A DNA stretch of 63,616 nt, filler included, from Hausera hauseri (lineage: Eukaryota): assembly GCA_046269625.1 (NCBI GenBank). It is 12 parts of 12 records of this genome, joined end to end, with 100 filler letters (N's around TTAATTAATTAA, not from the genome) between each part and the next. Parts side by side here need not be neighbours in the genome. Positions count along the whole stretch, not along the records: positions 1 to 4,521 come from JBJURY010542564.1; positions 4,622 to 11,206 come from JBJURY010084213.1; 10 more parts are not named here. One strand, 5' to 3'. A model generated the notes under the pieces. That model made no database searches. It was given only the letters and a program-made list of their open reading frames with translations, and was not told the origin of the DNA. A program made the translations under genes and the position numbers. Below, one piece after another: positions 1 to 11,306 of this stretch. Each line of letters begins with the position of its first letter. Within the stretch, counting starts at the first letter, position 1.

Positions 1-145
1 TGGGTTAGCTAGAAAAGCTGCAAGAAGGGTACCTAAAGAAATAAAATGGACTAAATTATTTGAAAAAGAGGAAAATGAAAAGGGAACTAATAGGATAGAG
101 GACATTATACGAAATATCTCCCCGAACAAAGGAAACGAATCCAAT

Positions 146-1900
146 TGGTTAATCAACTTGCTGACGATAACGATGCTAGTAAAGCAGATAGGAGCAGTCA
201 CTATATACGACTGTGACAAATTCAAGGTGGATCAGAAATATTCGTTGATGGATTTAGAAACATGTGAAGACGAGAGGCAGAAAAGAAATATATACTATAC
301 CAACAACGTGAATTAATCGCAATGGATGCGACAGAATGCATGATACGGAGATCCCGCAGCGTATTTCATTGTAGTAACATGTACGGGCATTCGTCAATAA
401 TTAAACCAACCACACCATTAATCCCAATGAACGTGGATAGACAACACTGTTTAGGAGCCCGGTTAACCGGTAAAGTAGTTTGGGACGGCATGGAATTAGA
501 AGCCCAAGAAGGAAAGATTATTAGAGCCTACAAAGTGGCAATAGGAAAATTAAACATGCACACCGGTTATTGTGTCGGAGCAGAATATGACACTGGAAAG
601 GGAAAGGAAGGAGGAATAGTAGTCGTGGATTTTTACGAAACTGAAAATCAAAAATGTCACATCCAAAATGGTGCTTGTACGTTCCGAAGTTCAGTCATTG
701 TATGGAACCCACCTTCCAAGAGAGATTGCAATTTCATCAAAATCAAAGAATTAAAGTTTAACGAGACAACCGAAAAACGTTATTCAAATAAATTACACCA
801 ATACCAGATCAAGGGAAGACGTAATAGAACATTCCACACCAACGACATTGATATCAGATGCGCATGGGTTAAAATTTATTAGAAAGGATATGCTAACACG
901 CTGCGATGTAGTTATGTATGCCACTAATTACAAAGCGTTCTTCGTAGAAGAAAACCGAAATTAACATGGAGACGTACGATTTGAAGACACAAGGTGTGCG
1001 GATCGAGGATTACCTGAAAAATCGAGACGAATATTTCTATTATAACGGAAAGACCGGAATAGCAGAGCTATACCACAAAATGATAACGAATGACTGCAGA
1101 TTAGACACTGAAGTCATGAGAACCAAACTAGCCTTAATTTATGCCAACCCAGAATTGGTATCATAAATTATACCGATGAAGGAAGATGTTTTTGGGCGAG
1201 TTACCGAAGAAGTCCTATTAACTTACGAATGCGAAAAAAGGAACGTACCGATCAACGTGGAAGAAAAGAGATGCATGCAAGAATTACCGGTCATCTATGA
1301 GAATATGCCGAGACTAGCGATGCCACTCACCAGGGTATTACTTGCAAACTCGACTGAACCAACTATACTGAAGGAATGCAAAACGAGCCTAGGTGAACCA
1401 ATGTTTCGACGTAGCGAAACCGACTGGATAAGTTTACTTAATGGAGGCGCAGCCGTAGCCCCTAGTAAACTAACTGGGACAAATCTAATCAAAGGATTAT
1501 CAGAAGATAAGTTTGAGAACACGGCCAATAAAGGAATTTATAGACCAAAAGACATAGAAGCTTTTAGACAATTCTTAGCATTTCCGCGACAAAGAACTTA
1601 TGAACTGAACAGGGCTATGTCGATGGTAATAGAAGACACAGGCTTTAAAGCAAAATGGAAATCGTTACTTGGCGCTAATCACTATCAAAGAGTAACTTCA
1701 GAAATATTGTATAAGATTTGAGGAAGGTTTCTGATTTTCGGATAAGCTGCATCCGTATTCCTAGCCATTTACTTTTTAGTACAGTTAATTAAAGCAGTAA
1801 TTCAAGCCGTCATAAATGAATATGAAATTTTCAGTTTTAACTGGATTTTCCTGCAAAATTTTGACTGCAATTATAACACCTTTTGGAAAAATACTTAAGG
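146..1900 (+). pseudogene. Chuvirus-like (class III/gB-type) envelope glycoprotein domain, copy 1
   Basis: Signal-like WLINLLTITMLVKQIGA|V (146-196), then YDC..YSLMDLETC..QQ..ECMIRRSRSVFHC..GHSSII, a Cys-rich ectodomain, C..ELPV and C-terminal KI(W)GRFLIFG.AAS.FLAIYFLVQLIKAVI TM. This is the motif pattern of chuvirus-type glycoproteins, recognised by eye. Confidence 0.8.
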
Positions 1901-2495
1901 CCTACGAGGAAAATCGGTGGAAAAATGACGTAGAACGCCACGTCGGGTATTATAATCGCAAACGACGAGAGAGGCCCTCGATTTCGTATAGACGTAAAAA
2001 TAAGAAAACAATAATGAGGAAGGATGATTCATATGATGATCAACGCACCATTGCCCATCATGCCACCAACTGCACCAATATGCGAAGACTGCGACCGGAA
2101 ATCAGTCATGTCATATAAGTCCGAAATCTACCGCAAGCCCATTGATTATGAAGACCCTTATGAGAAAACCAAACAATATGGAGTACTACAAAAAATGAAT
2201 GTCATTAACCAAGGCTTAACAGAAAACGACCACGGGATATTGCACTCGAAAAGGATACCTCGTAACATAGAGTCAAAATCCACGATCTGGGAGAACCCAA
2301 AACTGCGTTCGATCCCAGGTCCACTACCTCAAGAATCGCTCATTGTCAGTTGTGTCAACGAAATAACGAATAATAATTTATACCCAAACGAGGAATTAAG
2401 GCAATTAAGGGAAAACATCATTTCATCACCAGAAATAACGATAAATGGACACAGTCTCGACTATAAAATAGTCAAAGAAGGTAGTAGAAGGGAGG

Positions 2496-4521
2496 CCTTT
2501 CGCTAAAATATACATCGAAGACTGGGAAGTATACGCCTTAATCTACACGGGATCAGAAAAGTCGTTTATAAAATATGAACCTATACCAACCACATTGCGG
2601 AACCAGCTATGCCCACCATTATCATCAGACCCAGGTAGCGTAGGAGCGTTCGGACAAATATCGAAACCAAAATTTAAGTGGACCCCTACCATTTATATGA
2701 TGGGCCAAGCACTTCAACACGAATTTGCGATAATGGACTAGCTAACAGATGATGTAGTAGTGGGTTGTGACATTAAAACAGATACCAGGCATGGCAATTG
2801 ATGTGCATGACGGAAAGTTAATTGAGCTCGAACCAATTAAAGGGACAAAAATAAAAAAGGAAAGGAAATCGAGCGAAGTATGGATACCGGTAGACGAAGA
2901 CATTCCCCCAAGAAACGAAATGATAATTTTCGCACAGCTTCGTCAAGACGAAGATCTGCCAGTATATTTTGGACCTCAAGAGAATATTGATCCAAATCTC
3001 ATTTAGCAATATCCTATGTAGAGTAGAGACGGAACGCATACCTATCAGATTGGTGAACACTGCACCAATCCCCGCACGATTGCACGCTAATACTACTTTG
3101 GGTCACACCTGCAGAGTATCGGCAATAACAATAGAGGAAAAACCATATAAATACGCTGAATTTCCACCCCACGTTAAAACCAAATTTTCTCCTGAGGCGT
3201 ATTGCAAGTTCTACGAATTATTATGCAAATACAGTTCGATAATCGCACAAAATGAGGAAGACATAGGTAGAGCAAAAGCCCTGAGATTAACAATCCCATT
3301 AAGAAAGAAACCTGGCTCAAATGACGAAATCGATCTAGAACAGAAAATGCCCAAGTGGTACCCACCTCCTCATTCATTGAGACCAGAAATAACTAGAGGT
3401 AGAGCGGATGTTAAAGGCCGATATAATTCGACCAAGCTACCGATCATGTTACTCACCTCTACTTATGGTCAAAAAGAAAAAAAAGCGAACCAGTTCTAAG
3501 ATACCCTGATTTTAACCTACCATTCATCATCAAAACAGATGCGAGTAAAGAAGGTATAGGATATGAATTAGCTCAGAAACGAGAAGATGAAGAATTAGAA
3601 CATCCAATAGCCTATGGGGGACGCTCATTAAAGAAAGCAGAAAAGAATTATTCGGTTACTGAATTAGAAACGTTAGCCGTAAAGGAAGCACTACGACACT
3701 TTAATGTATATGTCTATGGACAAGATTATAATAGTGACCGATCACAAAGCAGTTACGACGTTGAAAGGACGAGCTAATAAACCAACATGTAGATTAAACC
3801 GTTGGAGAGGAAATCTCGCGATATAACATTGAATTCCAATACAAACCATGTATTAAACACGTCGACGCCGACGCATTATCGAAGTTAAAGACAAAAACCA
3901 GTGGGATTATCACAGGGAAGAAAACGCAACTCGAACAAATAATTGAACGTCAAAGAATCTTAACCTTGGATAAAACAATCAGAATCACCGCAGAACAAGC
4001 TAAAAATAAGGTTATTCAGCAAATTGTTGAATTTGCACAAAACGGCAAAATGTCCAAAGGACGACAATTGAAGAAGCATCTACAGAGACACGGACATAAA
4101 TATCGCGCATCGGACCAAGACAATATCCTATATTACGAACGAAATGGAAGACTAATAGTTATTCCAAAAGGATTACGCATCGAAGTATTCATGGCCGAAC
4201 ATGATTCATACTTAGCCGGACACATGTCTTGGAAAAAGACATTGGAGAGGATATTAAAAAAATACTATTGGCCAAGCATTTATATCGATGTAAAGAATTG
4301 GGTAGGTGCTTGCAAAGTTTGCGCGACAAAGTAAAAGAAAACGAAAGGCTGCGTAGCAGAATTAAAACCCATAAACGTGCCAGATAGGCCCATGCAAGCT
4401 ATGTCTATGGATATAGTGGGACCTTTACCTAAAACTCACAAAAGTAACAGATATATTCTAACATGCGTGGATCGGTTAACGCATTTCGTTGAACTGGTGG
4501 CACTATTAGATCAAAAGGCAG
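2496..4521 (+). pseudogene. pol: pol remnant: aspartic protease, RNase H, integrase; RT core deleted near 3485
   Basis: SPLLMVKKK (RT N-terminus) is joined directly to EPVLRYPDF (start of the RNase H linker), with no YxDD between them. Integrase is cut by the contig end. Confidence 0.88.
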
Positions 4522-4621
4522 NNNNNNNNNNNNNNNNNNNNNNNNNNNNNNNNNNNNNNNNNNNNTTAATTAATTAANNNNNNNNNNNNNNNNNNNNNNN
4601 NNNNNNNNNNNNNNNNNNNNN
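4522..4621. other. Artificial contig linker (N44-TTAATTAATTAA-N44); first of 11
   Basis: Identical 100-nt spacers with stops in all six frames at 4522-4621, 11207-11306, 15721-15820, 20142-20241, 25352-25451, 29573-29672, 34620-34719, 39932-40031, 44091-44190, 54677-54776 and 59516-59615. Adjacency across them has no biological meaning. Confidence 0.98.
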
Positions 4622-4730
4622 GATCTCATTTACTCCAAACTGGAAACTAATAACTTTTGTGAACCTCTGAAGGGAGTACAGGATTACATTGGAGTTTAAC
4701 TCAACAGCGCCACCTAGAATAGATAAGCAA

Positions 4731-7700
4731 CCCAGACAGCAGTGGACTCCGGGGGGGATCCGCCCTCAAGCCGCCAGGTCCGCCGTAGAAAATGACATGC
4801 GCATGAAAGACGGCCCACCTCCAGATAGAGTACAGTAGAACTGCGGATCCGCTGATCAGTCTGGGCGGAGGTTCACATCGTACGCGCTCTTTTCAAATTG
4901 CTACAGCCGCTTTCACAGACGGACACAGTGAGATCGAGCTCGTTTCCAGAGACAGACAGCATCATCTTACATCGTAAGTAAACTGCAAAAACTGTTATTT
5001 TCAAGTGTGTGCATGTGTGTAATATACTTTTTCGCTGTTTTTATCTTGATAATAATGCATACTAGCGAGCCTGGTCATATTAAGACGATAGCTGCAACAA
5101 TATTCAAACCTGAGCACATTTCTTGGTTGATTGAGATTTGATGTCATGGATTGTGTGCGAAATTAGTTGAAACTCTCTTTGTGTAAAGCACATGTTTACG
5201 GAGGATCTGCAGTAATCCCTGATGTAAACTGTGACCATACGCCTTTTTTATACAACTGGTGCTGGACGGATAAGTGAAATTCCATGTGTTCGATGTGTTT
5301 AACTGGAATAATGATGTTCAGGAATCTGTAATTTTAACAAGGAATTATTTATCCTCGTGCAGGGTAGGTGCGTGTGTGTGAGTGTGTAGGCGGGGGGGGG
5401 GGGGGTGCAGAAGTAGGATGAAAGCAGGAACTGCAAACTACTTTCTAGTGGCAGAGCGGGTCAGAAGATAGTATACATTTTAATGCCTTACAGGCTCTGA
5501 GACGTCAAATATATTTAAAGCTGAGTTATTGAGGTAAAATATGGCGAATAAATTTTCTATTTAGAATAGTTACAAATACGCATGCGCCCAGCACCCTATA
5601 CCTCCTATCTTGCAAATGAGAATTGCGGTTGCTGTGGAAACGCCATCTCGTCACGTAACAATATTTAGCACCTCACAATAGAAACAATAGGGTTGCTGTG
5701 GAAACGCTATCTCATCACATTCCAACACTTAACACCTTCTCTGTTCTTCTCTGATTACCTGCCTTTAGACTCAAACTGCCCTGAAGATTCATCAACTGTT
5801 GTTGAGAAAGTGTGCGTGTGTATATATATATATATATATGGACCAATCAAGAAATTTATAGATTTAAAATCTTTAAATGCACCAAACCTTAAGATTTATT
5901 TTTACAGCTTAGTTCCAATAATTTATATATTTAAAAAATATGTGTATTTATTGTTTCATGTATTTGATCATTGGTGCATTTCTGCTTTTGCTTGTTGTTA
6001 TGTTACTTTCAGCCCTCCTTGTTGTAAATATGTGATACAAAGAAAGGCATTGGCATCTTTAAAGGACTATGTGTGTTGAAGGTCAATTAAAAAAACTACA
6101 AACACTGGTACATTTTAGAGGTTTGTGTGTGTCTGAAACAACATTAAAAACATAGTTATTGTAGAAATATTATAACAAGTTCAACTGATAACCTCAAATG
6201 TGTTTTATTACTTTTTTGGTATTTTCAAAACTGTTTAAGTATACATGATAAAACTGATGACCATGTTCATTTTGGTAACTGTTCTGTTATGATGAATGAT
6301 TTATTCTGATTGAAATATATTTGGAAACAAATTATGAAAAGTTTTCTTCACTGAGTGCAATTTATGTTTTGTTTCTGAAAACTTTATTTTAGATGAATAG
6401 AAAGACTGTGCCTGTCTCCAACTCCACCATAAGATGGAGGACCCGTGCAGATATAGAAAAACGACTTCAACAGATTCGAGATGGACAACCTGTTCCCCAA
6501 ACCCCTTCTGCAAGCTACATGCACACACCTACCTGGCGAAGGGGACAGTTTGATTCAAACAACATTCCCCACTCTAGTAAGTAATACTCACACAATTTTG
6601 GGAATTGAATTAACCATTTGAGCATTCCCCTTATACAACCTATATACAGCTGTTGTTTGTTCCTATTCTTGGTACTGACTAGCCTTTTATAAAATTAAAA
6701 ACACATTGTTTTGGGCCTGTTTAAAAAAAAAGAAAATCTTGTTTATCTGCTTCAGTGTGTTGCCCAAGTTTTACTGAAGTTGACTAAATTATATTTTTTT
6801 CTAACAGCCCTAACAGCTATAGAAGTCAAGATTCAACAGCTTCTCATCCTAATGGAGAACATGAAAAACCAGCAAAATCAACTAGTTCCCAGGTGAACTA
6901 CATTACCAACAAGCTACAGCCAACTGCCCAGGACAACGACATGTCAATTCCAGTACAGTTACCACTGACATCGTTGGAAGAAGTGGAAAGTTTGGAGGAC
7001 TGGCTTAAAGATCCTGCAAATTCTCAACTAAAACAGAATTTGGTAAGTTTTGTTTGTTTTTCCATTTGAAATCCACTTTACACAATGAAATTTTAATCTT
7101 TCTATCCACTGATAAGAACAGTTTCTGAACAAAATGTCAGACAAGAACACCATGTTCTTTTGTTTGATAATTTATGTCCTGTTCAGAATCACTCAGATGT
7201 GAATTTACCACTATTGCTGCCACTACTATTACCACCACAAATTATAATAATAATAACAATAATATTGCATTAGTCTTATATAGCACTTTTCTGGACTCAT
7301 TATTCATTCAAACACTGATTATGGTAAGCTACATTGCAGCCACAGCTGCTCTGGGGCTTGCTCCCCTCCTCTGCAGAGTCAGTGATTGAAACACTAAAAC
7401 TGACCAAACTAAAGACTAAATACACAAAGCTACATCCTATCTATAAAATCTAAACACTAAGGCTTACAAATTTTTCCAATTAATTTTTCCAGATTTCACC
7501 TCCAAACTTTATTCAATTTTTGCATGTTTTTTTATTCTTCCTGTAGATTTTTTAAATGCTTGACTAACAATTTTTAGGCCATGGCCAGAAAGGAGGTAGG
7601 GGACGGTTTAATGTTGGTTTGATAGGACAATAATTACATCGTTCTCCATATCTCCATTTTAACTTGAACTTTCAACATGATAAAAAAACTAGTTTAAAGT

Positions 7701-8976
7701 TTGTAGTCTTTTTTTGACACTAATTAAGAGTCGGGGAGATTAAATCTTTTCAGCTAGAGCAATTTAAACTGATCATGTGAGTAGGGGCATGACCCTATAG
7801 CTTCAGAGGGTTAAAATGGATGTATAATAGATTGAGTTGATTGATATTTGAACTGTTATTTTTTTCCCTTTGTTCCATTTTAGAGTTCCTCCCTGGCAGC
7901 TATTGGGGGCCATGACACCAAACGTGTTACATGGAACATCCTGGCCCACATGTTCCATGATGACGTTGGGAAGCTGATTAATTGGAAAGGTGTCAATGGG
8001 AAGAAGTCTTTCAGCCAGATGGCATCAAAGACATTGGTACTGAGTAAGTATTTGTGATAAAAAAACAATTATATGGTCTTAGCAAGTATTTAAACAGACA
8101 TTATTGATATGTGTATAGAAAATTGTGGTTGTGATGGTAATGTGAACATTTGAATGAAAAGTGTTTTGTGATTCCAGATTCTGTAAGAAAGAACGCTGTC
8201 GCCCGTGCTGCAACTGAACACGATGTTTCCAAGCATGCAATCAGATGGTTCAACCTGGCAGCAGATAGGGGCAGCTCCAGAAGACGTACACAGGAAGTTC
8301 AACCTGCTGACCACAACACATCCTCCTAATATCACAGAACATTGTTTTTTTTTGTTAGTACATTTTTATGAAGTTTTTCTCTTTTGACTTTACATGTAAT
8401 TGTTGTTCTTTTTACTAAATCCATTTGATTTACATCACAGTTGTCATGTTTTTTGTATAATTGCCTTTTCCTTGACCACCTATAGTGGTGTTTGTCAATT
8501 TGGTGCATGTGCCAGAACTTTTAACTGAACTTAATTCCATCTTAATACACAACAGCAGCAGTACTAACTGCTTCACAGTGCAGCCTAAGAAACTAGTTTA
8601 CTGCTAATAATAACAACCCATTATTAGTAATTTTGCAGCATCACTACAAAAATATTTTTTGTGTTTAAAGTTAAACTGGAAGTTTTCTGATTTTTATATA
8701 GCAATCTGGTTGGGTTATGAACGGATCCGGATAGGGTCCGGGCCGGATGGTGTGGGTTATGAACGGGTCCGGATAGGGTCCGGGCCGGATGGTGTGCATT
8801 TTGACCGGATCCGGATAGGGTCCGGGCCAGATCTGATCTACATACGTTATCATCATCTGTTCCGGATCCGTTCCGCTGTGCAAGTGGACTCCGATTCGGG
8901 TCCATTTTACGGACTCATTCCAAAGCCTAAGGTACATCCAGATCGGATCCGGCCAGGAGTCTGTTTGCTATCTGGG
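4731..8976 (+). mobile_element. Non-autonomous CMC/EnSpm-like DNA transposon (teleost type) carrying a DUF4806-like spliced gene
   Basis: TIRs CCCAGACAGCA (4731-4741) and TGCTATCTGGG (8966-8976), 10/11 match, flanked by a 2-bp AA duplication. Subterminal GGATCCG-rich repeats. Internal exons such as WNILAHMFHDDVGKLINWKGVNGKKSF resemble the DUF4806/BEN-like accessory protein. No transposase seen. Confidence 0.72.
8712..8832. repeat. 42-bp subterminal tandem repeat, about 3 copies
   Basis: Unit GGGTTATGAACGG(A/G)TCCGGATAGGGTCCGGGCCGGATGGTGT starting at 8712, 8754 and about 8796. Confidence 0.9.
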
Positions 8977-9439
8977 AAAACAGCAGGCAGTCCTGAACCA
9001 CTTCATCAGTTATAGTCTGAGTTTACTCATTCTATACGTAACATCAGTCACATCTAGTGGCGAAATGGGAAACAGAAAAGCTGTGAATTACTGAATAGTT
9101 TGTAAGGATTGATTAATTAGTCAGTTGATTCTGTAAATAGATACAGTCACTTAGTTGGGTTAAGTTGTCCTTGGGGTTACTGATTATGTTACTGGGATGG
9201 TAGGTTGGGCTACTAAGCATCTTACAGCATCAAACCTGTACCGACTGTTTAAAACGGGTCACGTGAATCCCTCAGGATTCAAGCAGCGGAATGTCATCAC
9301 TCTTTTTCTCCACTAAAGTAACCAGAATTTGAATCTAGTATCAGACAGCATCACTGTAGCAGCATAACCATAGGATAAATCAGGAAACCCAAAGTCAAAC
9401 CTAACTAAAGAATATGTCAAAATTCATAAAAAACTCACA

Positions 9440-9590
9440 AGCCTTGTCTAAATGTAGAAAGGTTATGACAAACAGAAACTGGAAACTCATCCATAAGAGG
9501 TGCCTGATAACGGGAAGCTCTGCCTCCCATTATACATTTAGAAACTCCAGGAATCACAAGTGAACCTGCAGTCTGAGAGCAAAGTGCTCT
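9440..9590 (-). mobile_element. L2-like LINE ORF2 C-terminal fragment
   Basis: LCSQTAGSLVIPGVSKCIMGGRASRYQAPL matches the typical fish L2 ORF2 tail (LRSQ.AGLLV.PR.SK..MGGRAFSYQAP.LWN). Confidence 0.65.
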
Positions 9591-9899
9591 TAATGTGCTG
9601 TTGTAAATGGTGAATTTAGACAATATTTTGAGCATGTTTTCTTTATTAGTTCTTGCAGTGTCCATTTATCTTACAGGCAAAGTTGAAACCCTTCCTGTCA
9701 TTTTTGACTCTGATATAAAATATGTAATTTTAGTTTCACAGTTTGTTCAGAAACAATCATAATTTGCTCCATGTATGAATATGAAGTTACCGAAACTCTA
9801 GTTCCATTTCCTGTTCTGTTACTTACACAGTAAAAAAAACCCTGAAATTTCATCTTCTTTCCCACTAATTTTCTCAGTCCTCTCCTGGTGTGTTTGCAG

Positions 9900-10038
9900 C
9901 CGTTTGGTTGTGCTCGCTGCCACTACTCCTGTAACTTCACTGGTGCTTTAAAGCGACACTACAAAATGAAGCACCCAGATGAGACGTACGAGAACGCTGC
10001 TCCTGAAGCGCCGGACTCCGACTCTCTGGAACAACAAG
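9900..10038 (+). CDS. zfat: ZFAT zinc-finger exon (vertebrate, fish-like)
   Basis: AG acceptor at 9898-9899. PFGCARCHYSCNFTGALKRHYKMKHPDETYEN...QQG matches ZFAT PFRCAHCHYSCNISGSLKRHYNRKHPNEEY...QQG. GT at 10039. Confidence 0.75.
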
Positions 10039-11136
10039 GTCCTGCCTCTCCTCTCTGCTCTCCCCCTGCAGTGTCAGAGCACTGGTCGGTCTGTTTAATG
10101 AACATTTTCCTGCACAAGTCCAGGATAAGCTTGGTTCCCAGGCAGAGGTTGTAGAATCCCAGGAGAAGACAGGATGGATTCTTTCACTGGATTTCACAAT
10201 CCTCAGATTCTGGTTGGATTTGCCAGCTTGTTTTTGGCACATTCAGCTGTAAACTACTAGACTGGCCCTTGCCTTCCTACACACTTCTGCTCAATTTTAG
10301 TTTCCCCTTCACTGCTCCGTCTGGCATTTCTCCCATTGACAAGGATTTCGCTGGCAGATTTTTAGCTGAACCAATCAGAGAACAGAACGTCGATTTTCTG
10401 TGCGAGGTCTGCTTGTAGTTTATTTTACGTGGGCCAATCAGCAAACAGAAGGCGGAGTTTTGAACAACGTTGATTTTCTCCGCAGTGTCTGCTAGTTAGT
10501 TTAGCAGTGCCAGCGGAGAAAGTGAATGAAGCCAGTCGGTGTTTAGGCTTCCAAATTAAATTAAAATTGTCTGACAAAGCCTGCAGCCCTTATTTTCAGC
10601 CATCTTGTTCGGCTCAGTACTTTTCTCCTCTCAGTAGGGTCGTTTAGAGCGCACGCGATTTCCAGTTAGCTTCTTAGCTTAGCCTCCTTTACAGTGGAGC
10701 TGGCATACATACGTCACGGCCAACCAATCCAATCATTTTAAACTTCAGCAGAGGCCACACCTCCAACAAGAAACCCTTCTCTATACAGAGTCCAGACCCT
10801 TGTACGAAGCAAAGCGAAGGACAGGTTTCTACCAGTCTAGTAAACTCCATCTGTTGTGGTAACATGAGGTTACTGTTGTCCATAACATCTGTTAATTTAC
10901 TCACAAACACGCCCACAAGTGTGTGTAACCCACCGGAGAGGATACACCCCAACGGCTGAAACATCCTGAAGTCTGTATGAAACTAGGGGTAGCGTTCCAT
11001 GTCAGGATTGAGTTTTTGAAGCTTTTCGAGCTAAAGGAATTGGGCTGGCGTTATACTCAGAGTGGATTTACACGTGAATAAATATTACCAAGTCTAACAT
11101 AGTTTGTGTGTGTGTGTGTTTTCTGCCTGTGTTTAG

Positions 11137-11195
11137 GTGCTCTGAAGTGTCCTGAGTGGCACTTTGTTTATGGAACAAAGTGGGAGTTGAACATT
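11137..11195 (+). pseudogene. zfat: Next ZFAT exon, apparently degenerate
   Basis: After TTTAG: GALKCPEWHFVYGTKWELN, versus ZFAT GGLKCPVCSFVYGTKWEFN. The second zinc-binding Cys is changed to Trp. Confidence 0.65.
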
Positions 11196-11306
11196 TTTCT
11201 GATGAGNNNNNNNNNNNNNNNNNNNNNNNNNNNNNNNNNNNNNNNNNNNNTTAATTAATTAANNNNNNNNNNNNNNNNNNNNNNNNNNNNNNNNNNNNNN
11301 NNNNNN

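Larger units (their letters stand above)
1..4521 (+). mobile_element. Env-bearing Ty3/gypsy LTR retroelement, copy 1 (decayed; order glycoprotein-PR-[RT deleted]-RNase H-INT)
   Basis: Glycoprotein at 146-1900. Protease ALIYTGSE (D to Y) at about 2535-2560. Pol N-terminus EEDIGRAK...SPLLMVKK. RNase H PVLRYPDFNLPFIIKTDASKEG...EKNYSVTELETLAV...TDHK. Integrase zinc finger HDSYLAGH...CKVC and core SMDIVGPLP. RNase H before INT indicates Ty3/gypsy. Many stops and frameshifts. Confidence 0.9.

Noticed and set aside
146-1900. Glycoprotein as a stand-alone endogenous chuvirus insertion
   Set aside because: No nucleoprotein or L gene is recognisable, and the same position and frame relative to the retroelement protease recur in three diverged copies.
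2066-2077. PTAP late (budding) domain in the Env-PR linker
   Set aside because: Present only in copy 1. Copy 2 reads PHTAL and copy 3 differs, so conservation is not shown.
4522-4621. Recurrent TTAATTAATTAA palindrome within N runs as a biological repeat or CRISPR-like array
   Set aside because: It is a synthetic concatenation linker. ORFs ending in XXXLIN are artefacts of it.
8712-8832. 42-bp repeats as a CRISPR array or coding repeat (ORFs 8624-9015)
   Set aside because: Head-to-tail units without unique spacers, no cas genes, and located just inside a transposon TIR.
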